Shown here in pieces: positions 29,048 to 39,137 of a stretch of 64,000 nucleotides of DNA (position 1 is its first letter; each line of letters begins with the position of its first letter). The notes below the pieces were generated by a model that saw nothing but the letters and a program-made list of their open reading frames with translations, searched no databases and was not told the DNA's origin. Both the position numbers and the translations under genes were made by a program. This DNA is from Gemmatimonadales bacterium (GTDB lineage Bacteria > Gemmatimonadota > Gemmatimonadetes > Gemmatimonadales > GWC2-71-9). The stretch lies in NCBI GenBank assembly GCA_037189525.1, contig JBBCJC010000001.1, positions 841,750 through 905,749 of the forward strand, given 5' to 3'.

Positions 29048-29569
29048 TCAAACGCCGCCGGTCCGTACGCCGCGCGCGGCTGCCATGACCGGCCCATTCA
29101 GAATCTGGAGCACGTCGTCCACGATGGTCGGGATCGGCCGCTCCTCCCCGATGATCATGGGCGACCCCGGCGCATCCGTCAGCGGCTCGGCGCAGCAGGC
29201 GGCAGCAGGGGTAATCACCACCAGCCGCTCGACCCGGTCCGGATCCAGCATGGCGTATCCGATGGCCGGCGCCGACATCGGGCCATCGGCCAGGACGGAC
29301 ACCCGGTCGAGGCCGAGCCCGTCGAGGAACGGCCCCAACCAGCCTGCGAAATCTTCGGCGCCGGGGGTCACGTCGGGGGCGATCAGGCGGTAACGCTCGG
29401 CCACCGCTTCGATCACGGCATTCCAGAGCGGCAGCGGGTTCGCGGCCTGGGTCAGCAGGATCACCGGCCGGCCCGAGCCCGACCGGACGTATTCGGTAGC
29501 GGTCTTTCCCACGCGGACCACGGCGCGGAAGTTCCCGGTTCGGCTCACACTGTTGTCGTCGGTCATCAT
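29048..29569 (-). CDS. Short degenerate alpha/beta-hydrolase-fold protein
   Basis: EYVRSGSGRPVILL, YRLIAPD, FLDGLGLDRVSVL, DPDRVERLVVI. No HG or GxSxG motif. GGGAG RBS. Confidence 0.7.
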   Translation of the reverse strand: MMTDDNSVSRTGNFRAVVRVGKTATEYVRSGSGRPVILLTQAANPLPLWNAVIEAVAERYRLIAPDVTPGAEDFAGWLGPFLDGLGLDRVSVLADGPMSAPAIGYAMLDPDRVERLVVITPAAACCAEPLTDAPGSPMIIGEERPIPTIVDDVLQILNGPVMAAARGVRTGGV

Positions 29570-29594
29570 ATGGTTCCAGCTCCCGTTCACAATC

Positions 29595-29628
29595 AGTCTA
29601 CCCGGGCCCTCTTACCAGCCGCTTACCG
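29595..29628 (-). promoter_or_regulatory. Direct-repeat activator site plus -10 box upstream of the hydrolase-like/regulator operon
   Basis: Minus strand CGGTAA-N5-TGGTAA-N11-TAGACT, the same spacing as 25944-25977. Confidence 0.6.
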
Positions 29629-29646
29629 AATCAGCAAGTCGTTTCA

Positions 29647-29659
29647 AATCAATGAGTTA
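29647..29659 (+). promoter_or_regulatory. Possible IHF-binding site in the divergent promoter region
   Basis: AATCAATGAGTTA matches the consensus WATCAANNNNTTR. Confidence 0.35.
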
Positions 29660-29739
29660 GCTGTTCAGCACCCAGCTACTGGCGGGGTCGCCGCCCGACC
29701 ACGGTGGCGTTGCGGCAACCATTCCAATACTCTTGAGGG

Positions 29740-29960
29740 ATATTCGTGCTGGTCGCCGGCTCGGCGTGGTCTGAGCCGGCGTGAAAAGGGAACCCGGTGT
29801 GAATCCGGGGCGGCCCCGCCGCTGTGAGGAACGACGAACGGGACAAGTAGCCCACTGCGACAGCGTATCGTTGCGGGAAGGGTGTCCTCAGTAGGATGAC
29901 TTCCGAGCCAGAAGACCTGCCAACGCGCTATTTCCTGTGTCGTCCCTCGGGGGAGGGACA
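29740..29960 (+). ncRNA. Cobalamin riboswitch (class I, AdoCbl type) upstream of metE
   Basis: AAAAGGGAACCCGGTGTGAATCCGGGGCGGCCCCGCCGCTGT...CCACTG...GGGAAG...GAGCCAGAAGACCTGCC (B12 box). L5 CCCCG (29814-18) is complementary to loop CGGGG (29948-52) of a downstream hairpin. Confidence 0.95.
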
Positions 29961-30113
29961 GCGGGCTCCGCGCTCGACGCTCGTCTTCCGACGGTGTTGG
30001 GTCCGACCGGCATGGGCTTCCTGGATTCCGATCCGGAAGCCTTCGTGTTTCCTGCCGGTGGCGCAGCTGCATTCTCCTCCGGGGTGACCATACCCAACCC
30101 GAGAGGACCTGTC

Positions 30114-32420
30114 ATGTCGTCGCACCCTGCTGTCTCCGCATCAAACCTGGGATTTCCGCGCATCGGCGCCCGTCGCGAACTCAAACGGGCTTTGGAATCG
30201 TTCTGGGCCGGAAAAGCGGATGCGGCCAGCCTCCACGCCATTGCGAGCGAGTTGCGCGCCAAGCACTGGCGACTCCAGCACGATGCGGGCGTCACCCCCT
30301 CGTCGAACGATTTCTCGTTCTACGACCAGGTCCTCGACATGGTGATGATCACGGGCGCGGTGCCCGACCGATACCGCGCGCTGGATGGTGACCCGCTCCG
30401 CCAGTACTTCGCCATGGCCCGCGGCGATCAGCGGGACGGCGTCGACCTGCCGGCGATGGAAATGACCAAGTGGTTCGACACCAACTACCACTACATCGTC
30501 CCGGAGTTCGATCAGAACACCTCGTTCCGTCTCGGCTCGGAAAAGCCGGTCGAGGAATACCTCGAGGCCAAGGCGCTGGGCATCGAGACCCGTCCCGTCC
30601 TGCTCGGACCGATCTCGTTTCTGACGCTCGGGAAAATGGCTGACGGCGGCTCGGCCCTTACGCTGCTCGACGGGTTGCTACCGATCTACGAAACGCTGCT
30701 GCGCAGGCTCGCAGCAGCGGGCGCTCGCTGGGTACAGATCGACGAACCCATCCTGGTCCTCGACCTGTCCGAGGCTCATCGAGCCGCGTTCCGCACGGCG
30801 TACGATCGGCTCGCGAAAGTGGGTGACGCACCGCAGGCCGTGCTCACGACCTATTTCGGTGCGCTGGGCGACAATCTCGACCTGGCCACGTCGCTGCCCG
30901 TCGCCGGGCTGCATGTCGATCTGGTCCGCGCTCCGGAGCAACTGGACGCGGTCCTCGCCGCCCTGCCTGCCGACCGGGTCCTGTCGGCCGGTATCATCGA
31001 CGGCCGTAACATCTGGCGCACCGACCTCGACACCGCGCTCGGCACACTGCGGACCATCGCGACCGCGCGCCCGAGATCGGGACTGATCGTGGCCCCGTCG
31101 TGTTCGCTGCTGCACAGCCCGGTCGGACTCGACACGGAAACAGCCCTCGACGCCGAGTTGCGCAGCTGGCTTGCGTTTGCCACCGAAAAGCTCTCCGAAG
31201 TCGAGGCGTTGACACAAGCACTCGGTGCGGGTGGCGAAGCCGCCGCCTCGGCGTTCGCTTCCAGCTCCGCTGCTGTGATCAGCCGACGAGCCTCGACCCG
31301 GATCCATCGAGCCGAAGTCGACGCCCGGCTCGATGCAATCACGGCCGAGTCGACCCGTCGCCAGAGCCCGTATCCGACCCGACGGTCGGCGCAGCGCTCC
31401 ATCGGACTCCCGACCTTTCCGACCACCACGATCGGCTCGTTTCCTCAGACCGCTGCGGTCCGCAACGCGCGGGCAGACCACAAGAAGGGCACGCTCGATA
31501 CGGATGCCTATGACCGTTTTCTGCGAGACGAAATCGAACGAACCGTCCGGATCCAGGAGACGATTGGCCTCGACGTGCTGGTGCACGGGGAGTTCGAGCG
31601 CAACGACATGGTGGAGTACTTCGGCGAGCGGCTCGATGGCTTTGCCTTTACCGCCAACGGATGGGTGCAGAGTTACGGGTCACGGTGTGTCAAACCACCG
31701 ATCATCTATGGCGACGTGGTCCGTCCGGCTCCGATGACGGTCAGCTGGTCGCGGTTTGCGCAAAGCCTCACCGACCGACCGATGAAGGGTATGTTGACCG
31801 GACCAGTCACCATCCTGCAGTGGTCATTCGTCCGAGACGACCAGCCGCGCGACGTGACCTGCCGGCAGATTGCCCTGGCCATCCGGGACGAGGTGGTCGA
31901 TCTCGAGGCGGCCGGCCTCCGGGTCATCCAGATCGATGAGCCTGCCATCCGAGAGGGACTCCCGCTCCGGAAAGCCGACTGGGCGCAGTACCTCGCCTGG
32001 GCCGTCGATGCCTTTCGCATCGCGTCGTCGGGGGTGCGGGACGAGACCCAGATCCACACCCATATGTGCTACTCGGAGTTCAACGATATCGTCGACGCCG
32101 TTGCCTCGATGGATGCCGACGTCGTGTCGATCGAAACCTCACGATCGAAGATGGAACTCCTGGACGCCTTTGCCAGGTTTGCCTATCCCAACGAAATTGG
32201 GCCTGGCGTCTACGACATCCATTCGCCTCGGGTGCCGCCGGAGGCCGAGATGGTTACTCTGCTTCGACGGGCAGCGGAGGTCATTCCCGCCGACCGGCTG
32301 TGGGTCAACCCCGACTGCGGACTCAAGACGCGCGGGTGGCCGGAAGTTGAACGAGCGCTGACTGCGATGGTGGCCGCGGCGCGAACCCTGCGAGCGGAGC
32401 AAGCGGCGGCCAGTAACTAG
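30114..32420 (+). CDS. metE: Cobalamin-independent methionine synthase
   Basis: [67 protein letters not shown]. Confidence 0.97.
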   Translation: MSSHPAVSASNLGFPRIGARRELKRALESFWAGKADAASLHAIASELRAKHWRLQHDAGVTPSSNDFSFYDQVLDMVMITGAVPDRYRALDGDPLRQYFAMARGDQRDGVDLPAMEMTKWFDTNYHYIVPEFDQNTSFRLGSEKPVEEYLEAKALGIETRPVLLGPISFLTLGKMADGGSALTLLDGLLPIYETLLRRLAAAGARWVQIDEPILVLDLSEAHRAAFRTAYDRLAKVGDAPQAVLTTYFGALGDNLDLATSLPVAGLHVDLVRAPEQLDAVLAALPADRVLSAGIIDGRNIWRTDLDTALGTLRTIATARPRSGLIVAPSCSLLHSPVGLDTETALDAELRSWLAFATEKLSEVEALTQALGAGGEAAASAFASSSAAVISRRASTRIHRAEVDARLDAITAESTRRQSPYPTRRSAQRSIGLPTFPTTTIGSFPQTAAVRNARADHKKGTLDTDAYDRFLRDEIERTVRIQETIGLDVLVHGEFERNDMVEYFGERLDGFAFTANGWVQSYGSRCVKPPIIYGDVVRPAPMTVSWSRFAQSLTDRPMKGMLTGPVTILQWSFVRDDQPRDVTCRQIALAIRDEVVDLEAAGLRVIQIDEPAIREGLPLRKADWAQYLAWAVDAFRIASSGVRDETQIHTHMCYSEFNDIVDAVASMDADVVSIETSRSKMELLDAFARFAYPNEIGPGVYDIHSPRVPPEAEMVTLLRRAAEVIPADRLWVNPDCGLKTRGWPEVERALTAMVAAARTLRAEQAAASN

Positions 32421-32429
32421 GGCGCCGCG

Positions 32430-32693
32430 ATGTCATCCGGACGGGTCGGCGTCGAATATTCTCAGGAGGTTGCTACGAACACGTCGTCGATCGACCCGTC
32501 CCGGTGCCCGCTCTGCGCGGACGACAACGGCTGCGCCATGGCCGGCAGCGACCCGACCGATCCATGCTGGTGCACCAGCGCCAGCATTCCGCCAAGCCTG
32601 CTGGCGCTGGTACCGCCCGAGTTGCAATCGAAGGCGTGTATCTGCAAGACGTGCGTCGAGGCGCATCTGCCCAGTGGGGATGCGCCTCGATGA
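32430..32693 (+). CDS. Cysteine-rich CWC family protein
   Basis: CPLC..N.C...PCWC...ACICKTC pattern, 9 nt after the metE stop. Confidence 0.8.
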   Translation: MSSGRVGVEYSQEVATNTSSIDPSRCPLCADDNGCAMAGSDPTDPCWCTSASIPPSLLALVPPELQSKACICKTCVEAHLPSGDAPR

Positions 32694-32711
32694 ATTGCCG
32701 CCAAGACGGCA

Positions 32712-33605
32712 TCAGCCCATCAGCTGGATGATACTCGAGAAGTCGAGGGTGCCGGAGCCCGCTCGGCTGTGGACGGCGTACAAGTTGCGCGCCAGCGCGC
32801 CAAGCGGCGTCGCGGCATGGGAGGCCCGAGCGGCCTCCTCGGCCAGATCGAGATCTTTCAGCATCAGATCGGTACCGAACCCGCCGCTATAGCCACGCGA
32901 CGCCGGCACATTCTCCATCACGCCGGGCAACGGATTGTAGACCTCCAACGCCCAATTCCGTCCGGAACTCTTGGCCATGATCTCGGACAGCACCTTGGGA
33001 TCGAGTCCGTTAGCCACGCCGAGTGCCAGTGCCTCCGAGGTACCGATCATCAGAATGGCCAGCAGCATGTTGTTGCACAGCTTGGCCGTTTGCCCGGAAC
33101 CCGCGCTGCCGGCGTGGAATACATTCTTACCCATCGCCTGAAAGACGGGCCTGGCGCGTTCGAGGGCCGCTTCGTTGCCGCCCACGATGAAGGTGAGTGT
33201 TCCGGCCGCCGCTCCCCCCGTGCCGCCGGACACCGGCGCATCGAGGAACGCGGTCCCTTTTCGCTCGGCCGCGAGCCCGACCGTGCGCGCGCTGGCCGGC
33301 GCAATCGTGCTGCAATCGAGCAGCAGCACTCGGGCATCGAGCGTTGCGATCAACCCGGAAGACTCCCCGTCACCCAGATATAGGGATTCGACATGGCGAC
33401 TGGCCGGCAACATCGAGATAACGACCTCCGCTCCCTCCACCGCAGCCGTCAGACTATCGGCCAAGGGAACACCGAGTTCCGTCGCGAGTCGGCGCGCATC
33501 ATCGGAGAGGTCGAAGCCGGACACATGATATCCGGTCTTGACGAGGTTTGCGGCCATGGGTCGGCCCATGTTCCCCAGCCCGATGAAGGCAATGCGTTGT
33601 GACAT
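32712..33605 (-). CDS. mmsB: 3-hydroxyisobutyrate dehydrogenase
   Basis: IAFIGLGNMGRPMA, DAPVSGG, AKLCNNMLL, SSGRNWALEVYNPLPG. Confidence 0.93.
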   Translation of the reverse strand: MSQRIAFIGLGNMGRPMAANLVKTGYHVSGFDLSDDARRLATELGVPLADSLTAAVEGAEVVISMLPASRHVESLYLGDGESSGLIATLDARVLLLDCSTIAPASARTVGLAAERKGTAFLDAPVSGGTGGAAAGTLTFIVGGNEAALERARPVFQAMGKNVFHAGSAGSGQTAKLCNNMLLAILMIGTSEALALGVANGLDPKVLSEIMAKSSGRNWALEVYNPLPGVMENVPASRGYSGGFGTDLMLKDLDLAEEAARASHAATPLGALARNLYAVHSRAGSGTLDFSSIIQLMG

Positions 33606-33623
33606 GAGAAGCTCCTCGATCGC

Positions 33624-34736
33624 TTACGCCAGGTCCGCCAGCGGATGCGCCCCGGTATAGCGCATCACGAAGTGCTCATCGATCCACGCCGGAGTGACCT
33701 CCTCGAGCGTCGCCGGCGTCCACGACGGTTTCCGGTCGCGATCGATCAGCAGCGCGCGAATGCCCTCGGCGAAGTCGGGGTGGGCGGCACACCCAAGGGA
33801 CACGTCATATTCGAGTCGGAACACATCGCCTAACGACAGGTACGTCACCCGACGGCGCAGTTCATACGCCAATGCCGCGGAGGTCGGTGATCCCCGGCGA
33901 AAGGCGGTCACGGCGCCGGCCAACCATGGATCGGCGTCTGCGGCCTGCTGTAGACGGGAGACAATCTCAGCCAGCGTATCGTCGATACCAACGATCTCGT
34001 TGATCTGATCGAAATGGGTCCGAAGTGCGGACTCTGGTACGGTGGCGGCACGGTACCGCGTCAGGATAGCCGACAGAGCGCTTCGATCCGTGGCGGCGTG
34101 GCCTGACCAGCGGGCAGCCTCAATGGCCGATAGAACCTCGGCCCGCGCCGCATCGGGGACGACCACGTCCGCCAGCCCCGCAAAGAGCGCATCCGCGGCA
34201 TTCAGGGGCACCCCGGTCAGCGCCAGGAACAGGCCGATCCCGCCCGGCATCCTCCGCAGGAACCAGCTGCCCCCGACATCGGGGTACAGCCCGACCGAAA
34301 TCTCCGGCATCGCGAGCCGGGTCGCTTCGGTGGCTACCCGATGCGACGCGCCGGCCATGAGACCGATCCCGCCCCCCATTACGATGCCATGCCCCCAGCA
34401 CAGGAAGGGCTTGGGATAGGTGTGAATCCGGTAGTCGAGGCGATACTCTCGGGCAAAGAAATCTTCCGCGTAGGCATTCCGACCACTGCCCGCCTGGCGC
34501 ATCGAATGGTAGAGCTCATGGAGGTCACCTCCGGCGCAGAGAGCTTTCGCGCCTGCTCCCTGCAGGATCACTCCGACGACGGATGGGTTACGCGCCCACC
34601 GCTCGAGCGCGGGGTCGATCAGACGGATCATCGCGAGCGACAGCGCGTTGAGCGTCGCCTCGCTGTTCAGTGTGACCAAGCCGAAGCGATGGCCTGAGGC
34701 GGTCTCGAGCTCATCGACCAGAACGACGTCCGCCAT
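33624..34736 (-). CDS. 3-hydroxyisobutyryl-CoA hydrolase-like crotonase
   Basis: LNALSLAMI, ALCAGGDL, FFAREYRLDY, GIVMGGGIGL, AMPEISVGLYPDVG, DFAEGIRALLIDRD. Confidence 0.9.
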   Translation of the reverse strand: MADVVLVDELETASGHRFGLVTLNSEATLNALSLAMIRLIDPALERWARNPSVVGVILQGAGAKALCAGGDLHELYHSMRQAGSGRNAYAEDFFAREYRLDYRIHTYPKPFLCWGHGIVMGGGIGLMAGASHRVATEATRLAMPEISVGLYPDVGGSWFLRRMPGGIGLFLALTGVPLNAADALFAGLADVVVPDAARAEVLSAIEAARWSGHAATDRSALSAILTRYRAATVPESALRTHFDQINEIVGIDDTLAEIVSRLQQAADADPWLAGAVTAFRRGSPTSAALAYELRRRVTYLSLGDVFRLEYDVSLGCAAHPDFAEGIRALLIDRDRKPSWTPATLEEVTPAWIDEHFVMRYTGAHPLADLA

Positions 34737-34737
34737 A

Positions 34738-35526
34738 TCAGCGATTCTTCCATTCGGGCTTGCGCTTGGCGAGGAACGCGCCAACGCCCTCCTGCTGATC
34801 CTCGGTATCGAAGAGGTCGACGAACGCCTCGCGCTCACTTGGTAAGTTGTGCCGCGGCGGCAGTCCGCGCGCGCCTTGAATCAGCTGCTTACAGGCCGCA
34901 ACGCTGCTCGGGCTCTGCCCCGCAACACCTTCCGCCAGCGCCAGCGCGCGCGAAACCGACTCGCCGCGGGGCACCACCTCCTCGACCAGCCCGATGTCGA
35001 GCGCCTTCGATGCCGGCACCTTCTCTCCGGCCAGGATCATCCGTTTGGCCCACCCTTCCCCGACGAGCCAGGGCAGCCATTGCGTTCCGCCGGCACACGG
35101 CAGAAGCCCGACGCCAGCTTCGGGCAACGCCACCACGGCATGCTCTTCCGCGATCCGGATGTCGCAGGCAAGAGCGCACTCGAGGCCGCCACCCATCGCA
35201 TAGCCGTTGATCGCGGCGATCGAGACGCCACGGAACCCTGCCAGCGCTTCGAACGCCTCACCAAAGCGACGCGCCATGGCGCGTGCGATCGCCTTATCAC
35301 CCGAGGCAAACAGCTTGAGATCGGCGCCGGCCGAGAAGAATTTTTCGCCCTGGCCAGTCAGGATCAGTGAGTACACCGCGCGGTTCGCATTCAGGTCAGC
35401 GACCAGCGCCGTCAGGGCTCGAAGACTGTCTTCGGTCCAGGTATTGGCCGGTGGGTTGGCCAAGTGTACCAGGGCGGTATGTCCCCGCAATTCCAGCTGC
35501 AGGCCATGGTAGGTCGGGTTGCTCAT
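34738..35526 (-). CDS. Enoyl-CoA hydratase
   Basis: FFSAGADL, GYAMGGGLECALACD, LPEAGVGLLPCAGGTQ. Confidence 0.92.
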   Translation of the reverse strand: MSNPTYHGLQLELRGHTALVHLANPPANTWTEDSLRALTALVADLNANRAVYSLILTGQGEKFFSAGADLKLFASGDKAIARAMARRFGEAFEALAGFRGVSIAAINGYAMGGGLECALACDIRIAEEHAVVALPEAGVGLLPCAGGTQWLPWLVGEGWAKRMILAGEKVPASKALDIGLVEEVVPRGESVSRALALAEGVAGQSPSSVAACKQLIQGARGLPPRHNLPSEREAFVDLFDTEDQQEGVGAFLAKRKPEWKNR

Positions 35527-36683
35527 CGAATAGCCTCGATCGCTTCGGGTTCCAGCATTTTTCGGGAGACGATCACGCGCATGATTTCGTTGGTACCTTC
35601 GAGGATCTGATGGACGCGCGCGTCGCGCAGGTACCGCTCGAGCGGGTACTCCTTGGTGTAGCCGTACCCCCCGAACAGCTGGAGCGCCTCGTTACAGACT
35701 CGGAAACCGATGTCCGTGGCGTGCTGCTTGGCCATGGCGCAGTAGGTGGTGGCGTTACTCTCGCCCGCATCCAGCTTGCTCGCAGCGAGACGGACCATTT
35801 GCCGCGCAGACACCAGCTCGGTCGCCATATCGGCCAGCTTGAACTGCAGGGCTTGGAAATCAGCCAGGCGACGCCCGAACTGACGCCGCTCGAGCATGTA
35901 GCGCTGGGCGGCATTGAGCGCACCTTGCGCCGCACCGACCGAGCAGGTGGCAATGTTGATGCGGCCCCCGTCCAACCCCTTCATCGCAATCCTGAATCCT
36001 TCGCCTTCGGCGCCGAGCCGATACGCGGCCGGCACGCGAACGTTGTCAAAGGAGATCCCGCGAGTCGGCTGACTGTTCCAACCCATCTTTTCTTCCTTAC
36101 GACCGAAGATGACACCGGCCGCGTCCGCCGGGACCAGGAAGGCCGTGATGCCCTTCGGCCCGTCAACGCCGGTCCTCGCCATCACGACCAGCGCATCGGT
36201 CACACCGCCTCCCGACACGAACGCCTTCGATCCGGACAGGACATAGTCGTCCCCATCCTGAACGGCGGTCGTCAATAGCGAGGCGGCGTCGGAGCCCGAT
36301 CCCGGCTCGGTCAGGCAGTATGACGCCAGCTTCTCACCGCTGCTCAAGGCCGGGAACCATTCCGATGCGACCCGCTCGCCACCCCAGGTGCCGATCATCC
36401 AGGTCGACATGTTGTGGATCGTGATATACGCCGTGGTCGACGGGCAGGCCGCGGCCAGTTCCTCGAAGATGATCGCCGCGTCGAGCCGAGTCAGACCCAT
36501 GCCGCCGAGCGCCTCGCTGATGTAGAGGCCGCAGATGCCCAGTTCGCCGGCGGCGCGGATCACCTCGCGCGGGAAGATCTCCTTCGCATCCCATTCCGCC
36601 GCATGAGGCGCGAGTTGCTCGGCCGCAAACTGACGCGCCATGTCCTGAAAGGCCCGCTGGTCCTCCGACAATTCGAAGTTCAT
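35523..36683 (-). CDS. Isobutyryl-CoA dehydrogenase-like acyl-CoA dehydrogenase
   Basis: YCLTEPGSGSDA, KMGWNSQPT, GLDGGRINIA, RVHQILEGTNEIMR. Confidence 0.92.
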   Translation of the reverse strand: MNFELSEDQRAFQDMARQFAAEQLAPHAAEWDAKEIFPREVIRAAGELGICGLYISEALGGMGLTRLDAAIIFEELAAACPSTTAYITIHNMSTWMIGTWGGERVASEWFPALSSGEKLASYCLTEPGSGSDAASLLTTAVQDGDDYVLSGSKAFVSGGGVTDALVVMARTGVDGPKGITAFLVPADAAGVIFGRKEEKMGWNSQPTRGISFDNVRVPAAYRLGAEGEGFRIAMKGLDGGRINIATCSVGAAQGALNAAQRYMLERRQFGRRLADFQALQFKLADMATELVSARQMVRLAASKLDAGESNATTYCAMAKQHATDIGFRVCNEALQLFGGYGYTKEYPLERYLRDARVHQILEGTNEIMRVIVSRKMLEPEAIEAIR

Positions 36684-36691
36684 CGGGATAC

Positions 36692-38218
36692 CTACCGGAG
36701 GCTAATCGTGCTGTTGATCGGCGCAGCAACTGACTCCGATTCGAACCAGCGCGCCGTCACAGTCTTGGTCTGGGTATAGAAAAGGACCACCTGACGCCCG
36801 TAGGGGCCGAGATCGCCCAGCTTGGATGCGCGGGAGCCTGTAAACGAGAACAACGGCACCGGCACGGGAATCGGCACGTTGATGCCGACCTGGCCGACAT
36901 CGATTTCTTCCTGGAAGGTGCGCGCCGCAGCGCCCGACGACGTAAAAAGCCCGGTCCCGTTGCCGTTCGGATTCCGGTTGACGAGTTCGATCGCATCCCG
37001 AAGCGTGTCGGCCGTCATGAGACACAGCACAGGGCCGAAGATCTCCTCATCGTAGATCGTCATACCCGGCTGGACACCGGAGAAGATGGTCGGACCAACG
37101 AAGTTGCCTTGTTCAAAGCCGGGAACCGTTACATCGCGACCATCGAGTTCGAGGACGGCTCCTTCGGTGGCCCCCTTTTCGATCAGAGTCCGAACCCGGT
37201 CACGCGCCGCGCAGGAAATGACCGGACCGACATCGGTGCCTGCTTCCGTACCGGCATTGACCTTGAGCGTCTTGGCTTTGGCGACGATATCCGAAATCCA
37301 GGTTCGCGCCTCACCGACCAGCACGACCACCGAAGCGGCCATACAACGCTGCCCCGCTGCACCGAATCCGGCACCGACGATAGCGTTGAGCGTCTGCTCC
37401 TTGGGCGCATCCGGAAGCACCACGACGTGATTCTTGGCGCCCATCATGCACTGGACCCGTTTGCCGCTCTGTGAGGCGCGATGATAGACGTGAGTCCCCA
37501 CTTTGGTCGAGCCGACGAACGAGACGGCCTTGATATCGGGGTGATCACAGATGGCGTTGACCACATCGGCAGCGCCATGGACCACGTTGAGGACGCCTTT
37601 CGGCACCCCGGCTTCGAGGGCCAGCTCCACCAGGCGCATCGTCACCATCGGATCCTGCTCCGACGGCTTCAACACAAAGGTGTTGCCGGTCGCGATGGCC
37701 ATCGGGAACATCCAGAGCGGAATCATGGCCGGAAAGTTGAAGGGCGTGATCCCGGCGCAGACGCCTAACGGCTGCAGGATGGTATAGGTATCGACCCCGC
37801 CCGCAACGTTGGTAGCCAGTTCGCCCATCTGCAGATAGCCGATGTTGGCGGCATGCTCCACTACCTCGAGCCCACGGAACACGTCCCCTTCGGCGTCGGA
37901 CAGCGTCTTACCCTGTTCGGCCGTGAGCAGCGCAGCCAGTTCCTGCTGATGCGCCCGAATCAGCTGCTGATATTTGAGAAAGATTCGCGCCCGGGCGCCG
38001 ATCGGGGTCCGCCGCCAGGTGACGAACGCGGCTTTGGCCGCTGCCACCGCGGCATCGACCTCCTGCGGGGTGGCCATCGGCACACGAGCCAGGACTTCCT
38101 GTGTGGCCGGGTTGACGACATCACGCCACTTCGTCGTCTTCGAATCGACGAAGGCTCCATCGATCAGCAACTTGACGGACACGACACTCTCGACGGCGGA
38201 GCGCGGTTGAACGGGCAT
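36692..38218 (-). CDS. mmsA: CoA-acylating (methyl)malonate-semialdehyde dehydrogenase
   Basis: [51 protein letters not shown] before the ATG at 38218. Confidence 0.95.
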   Translation of the reverse strand: MPVQPRSAVESVVSVKLLIDGAFVDSKTTKWRDVVNPATQEVLARVPMATPQEVDAAVAAAKAAFVTWRRTPIGARARIFLKYQQLIRAHQQELAALLTAEQGKTLSDAEGDVFRGLEVVEHAANIGYLQMGELATNVAGGVDTYTILQPLGVCAGITPFNFPAMIPLWMFPMAIATGNTFVLKPSEQDPMVTMRLVELALEAGVPKGVLNVVHGAADVVNAICDHPDIKAVSFVGSTKVGTHVYHRASQSGKRVQCMMGAKNHVVVLPDAPKEQTLNAIVGAGFGAAGQRCMAASVVVLVGEARTWISDIVAKAKTLKVNAGTEAGTDVGPVISCAARDRVRTLIEKGATEGAVLELDGRDVTVPGFEQGNFVGPTIFSGVQPGMTIYDEEIFGPVLCLMTADTLRDAIELVNRNPNGNGTGLFTSSGAAARTFQEEIDVGQVGINVPIPVPVPLFSFTGSRASKLGDLGPYGRQVVLFYTQTKTVTARWFESESVAAPINSTISLR

Positions 38219-38250
38219 ATCGGTCTCCTTCGACCTGGAGGAGCGCGCCG

Positions 38251-39135
38251 TCATGACGACGCACCGAAAAGAGCATCGAGCTTTCGCTCGTAGCTGTGGT
38301 AATCGATCCGATCGTACAATTCCTCGCGGGTCTGCATCAGAGTGACGACCGATCGTTGCGAGCCCTCGCGTCGAATCGCCTCGTATACCTGCTCCGCTGC
38401 CCGGTTGGCGGCGCGAAACGCCGAGAGCGGATACAGGACGATGCCGACCCCGGCGTCGGTGAGTTCCGATAATGTGAAGAGCGGGGTGCTGCCAAACTCC
38501 GTAATATTGGCCAGTACAGGCACCGGCAACGCCGCGGCGAATCGCCGATACTCGTCGAGGGTGCGTACCGCTTCGGGAAAAATGAAATCTGCGCCCGCAG
38601 CTGCGTATGCTGCGGCGCGATCGACCGTGGCATCCAGCCCCTCGGTCGCCAACGCGTCGGTACGAGCAGCCACGACGAACGCCGGATCGGTTCTGGCATC
38701 GACTGCGGCCTTGATCCGATCGACCATTTCATCTCGCGGTACGATCGACTTGTTGGGGCGGTGACCGCATCGCTTGGCACCGGCCTGATCCTCCAGATGC
38801 ACGCCGGCGGCACCTGCCCGCGTCAGATCCCGAACCGTGCGAGCGACATTGAAGGCCGATGGACCGAACCCGGTGTCGCCATCGACGAGGAGCGGCAGAT
38901 CGCAAACCCCGGTAATCCGCCGCACGTCGACCAGCACATCCTCCAACGAGGAGATGCCCAGATCGGGAAGGCCGAGCGAGCCGGCTGCGACCCCGCCACC
39001 GGACAGATAGACCGCGCGAAATCCCGCGCGCTTGACCAGCAGCGCATGATTGGCGTTGATCGCGCCGACCAGTTGAAGCGGGTGCTCACTCTTGAGCGCT
39101 TGTCGAAACCGTTGTCCGGCAGAAGTCGATGCCAT
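38251..39135 (-). CDS. prpB: 2-methylisocitrate lyase
   Basis: [38 protein letters not shown]. Confidence 0.95.
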   Translation of the reverse strand: MASTSAGQRFRQALKSEHPLQLVGAINANHALLVKRAGFRAVYLSGGGVAAGSLGLPDLGISSLEDVLVDVRRITGVCDLPLLVDGDTGFGPSAFNVARTVRDLTRAGAAGVHLEDQAGAKRCGHRPNKSIVPRDEMVDRIKAAVDARTDPAFVVAARTDALATEGLDATVDRAAAYAAAGADFIFPEAVRTLDEYRRFAAALPVPVLANITEFGSTPLFTLSELTDAGVGIVLYPLSAFRAANRAAEQVYEAIRREGSQRSVVTLMQTREELYDRIDYHSYERKLDALFGASS

Positions 39136-39137
39136 GA

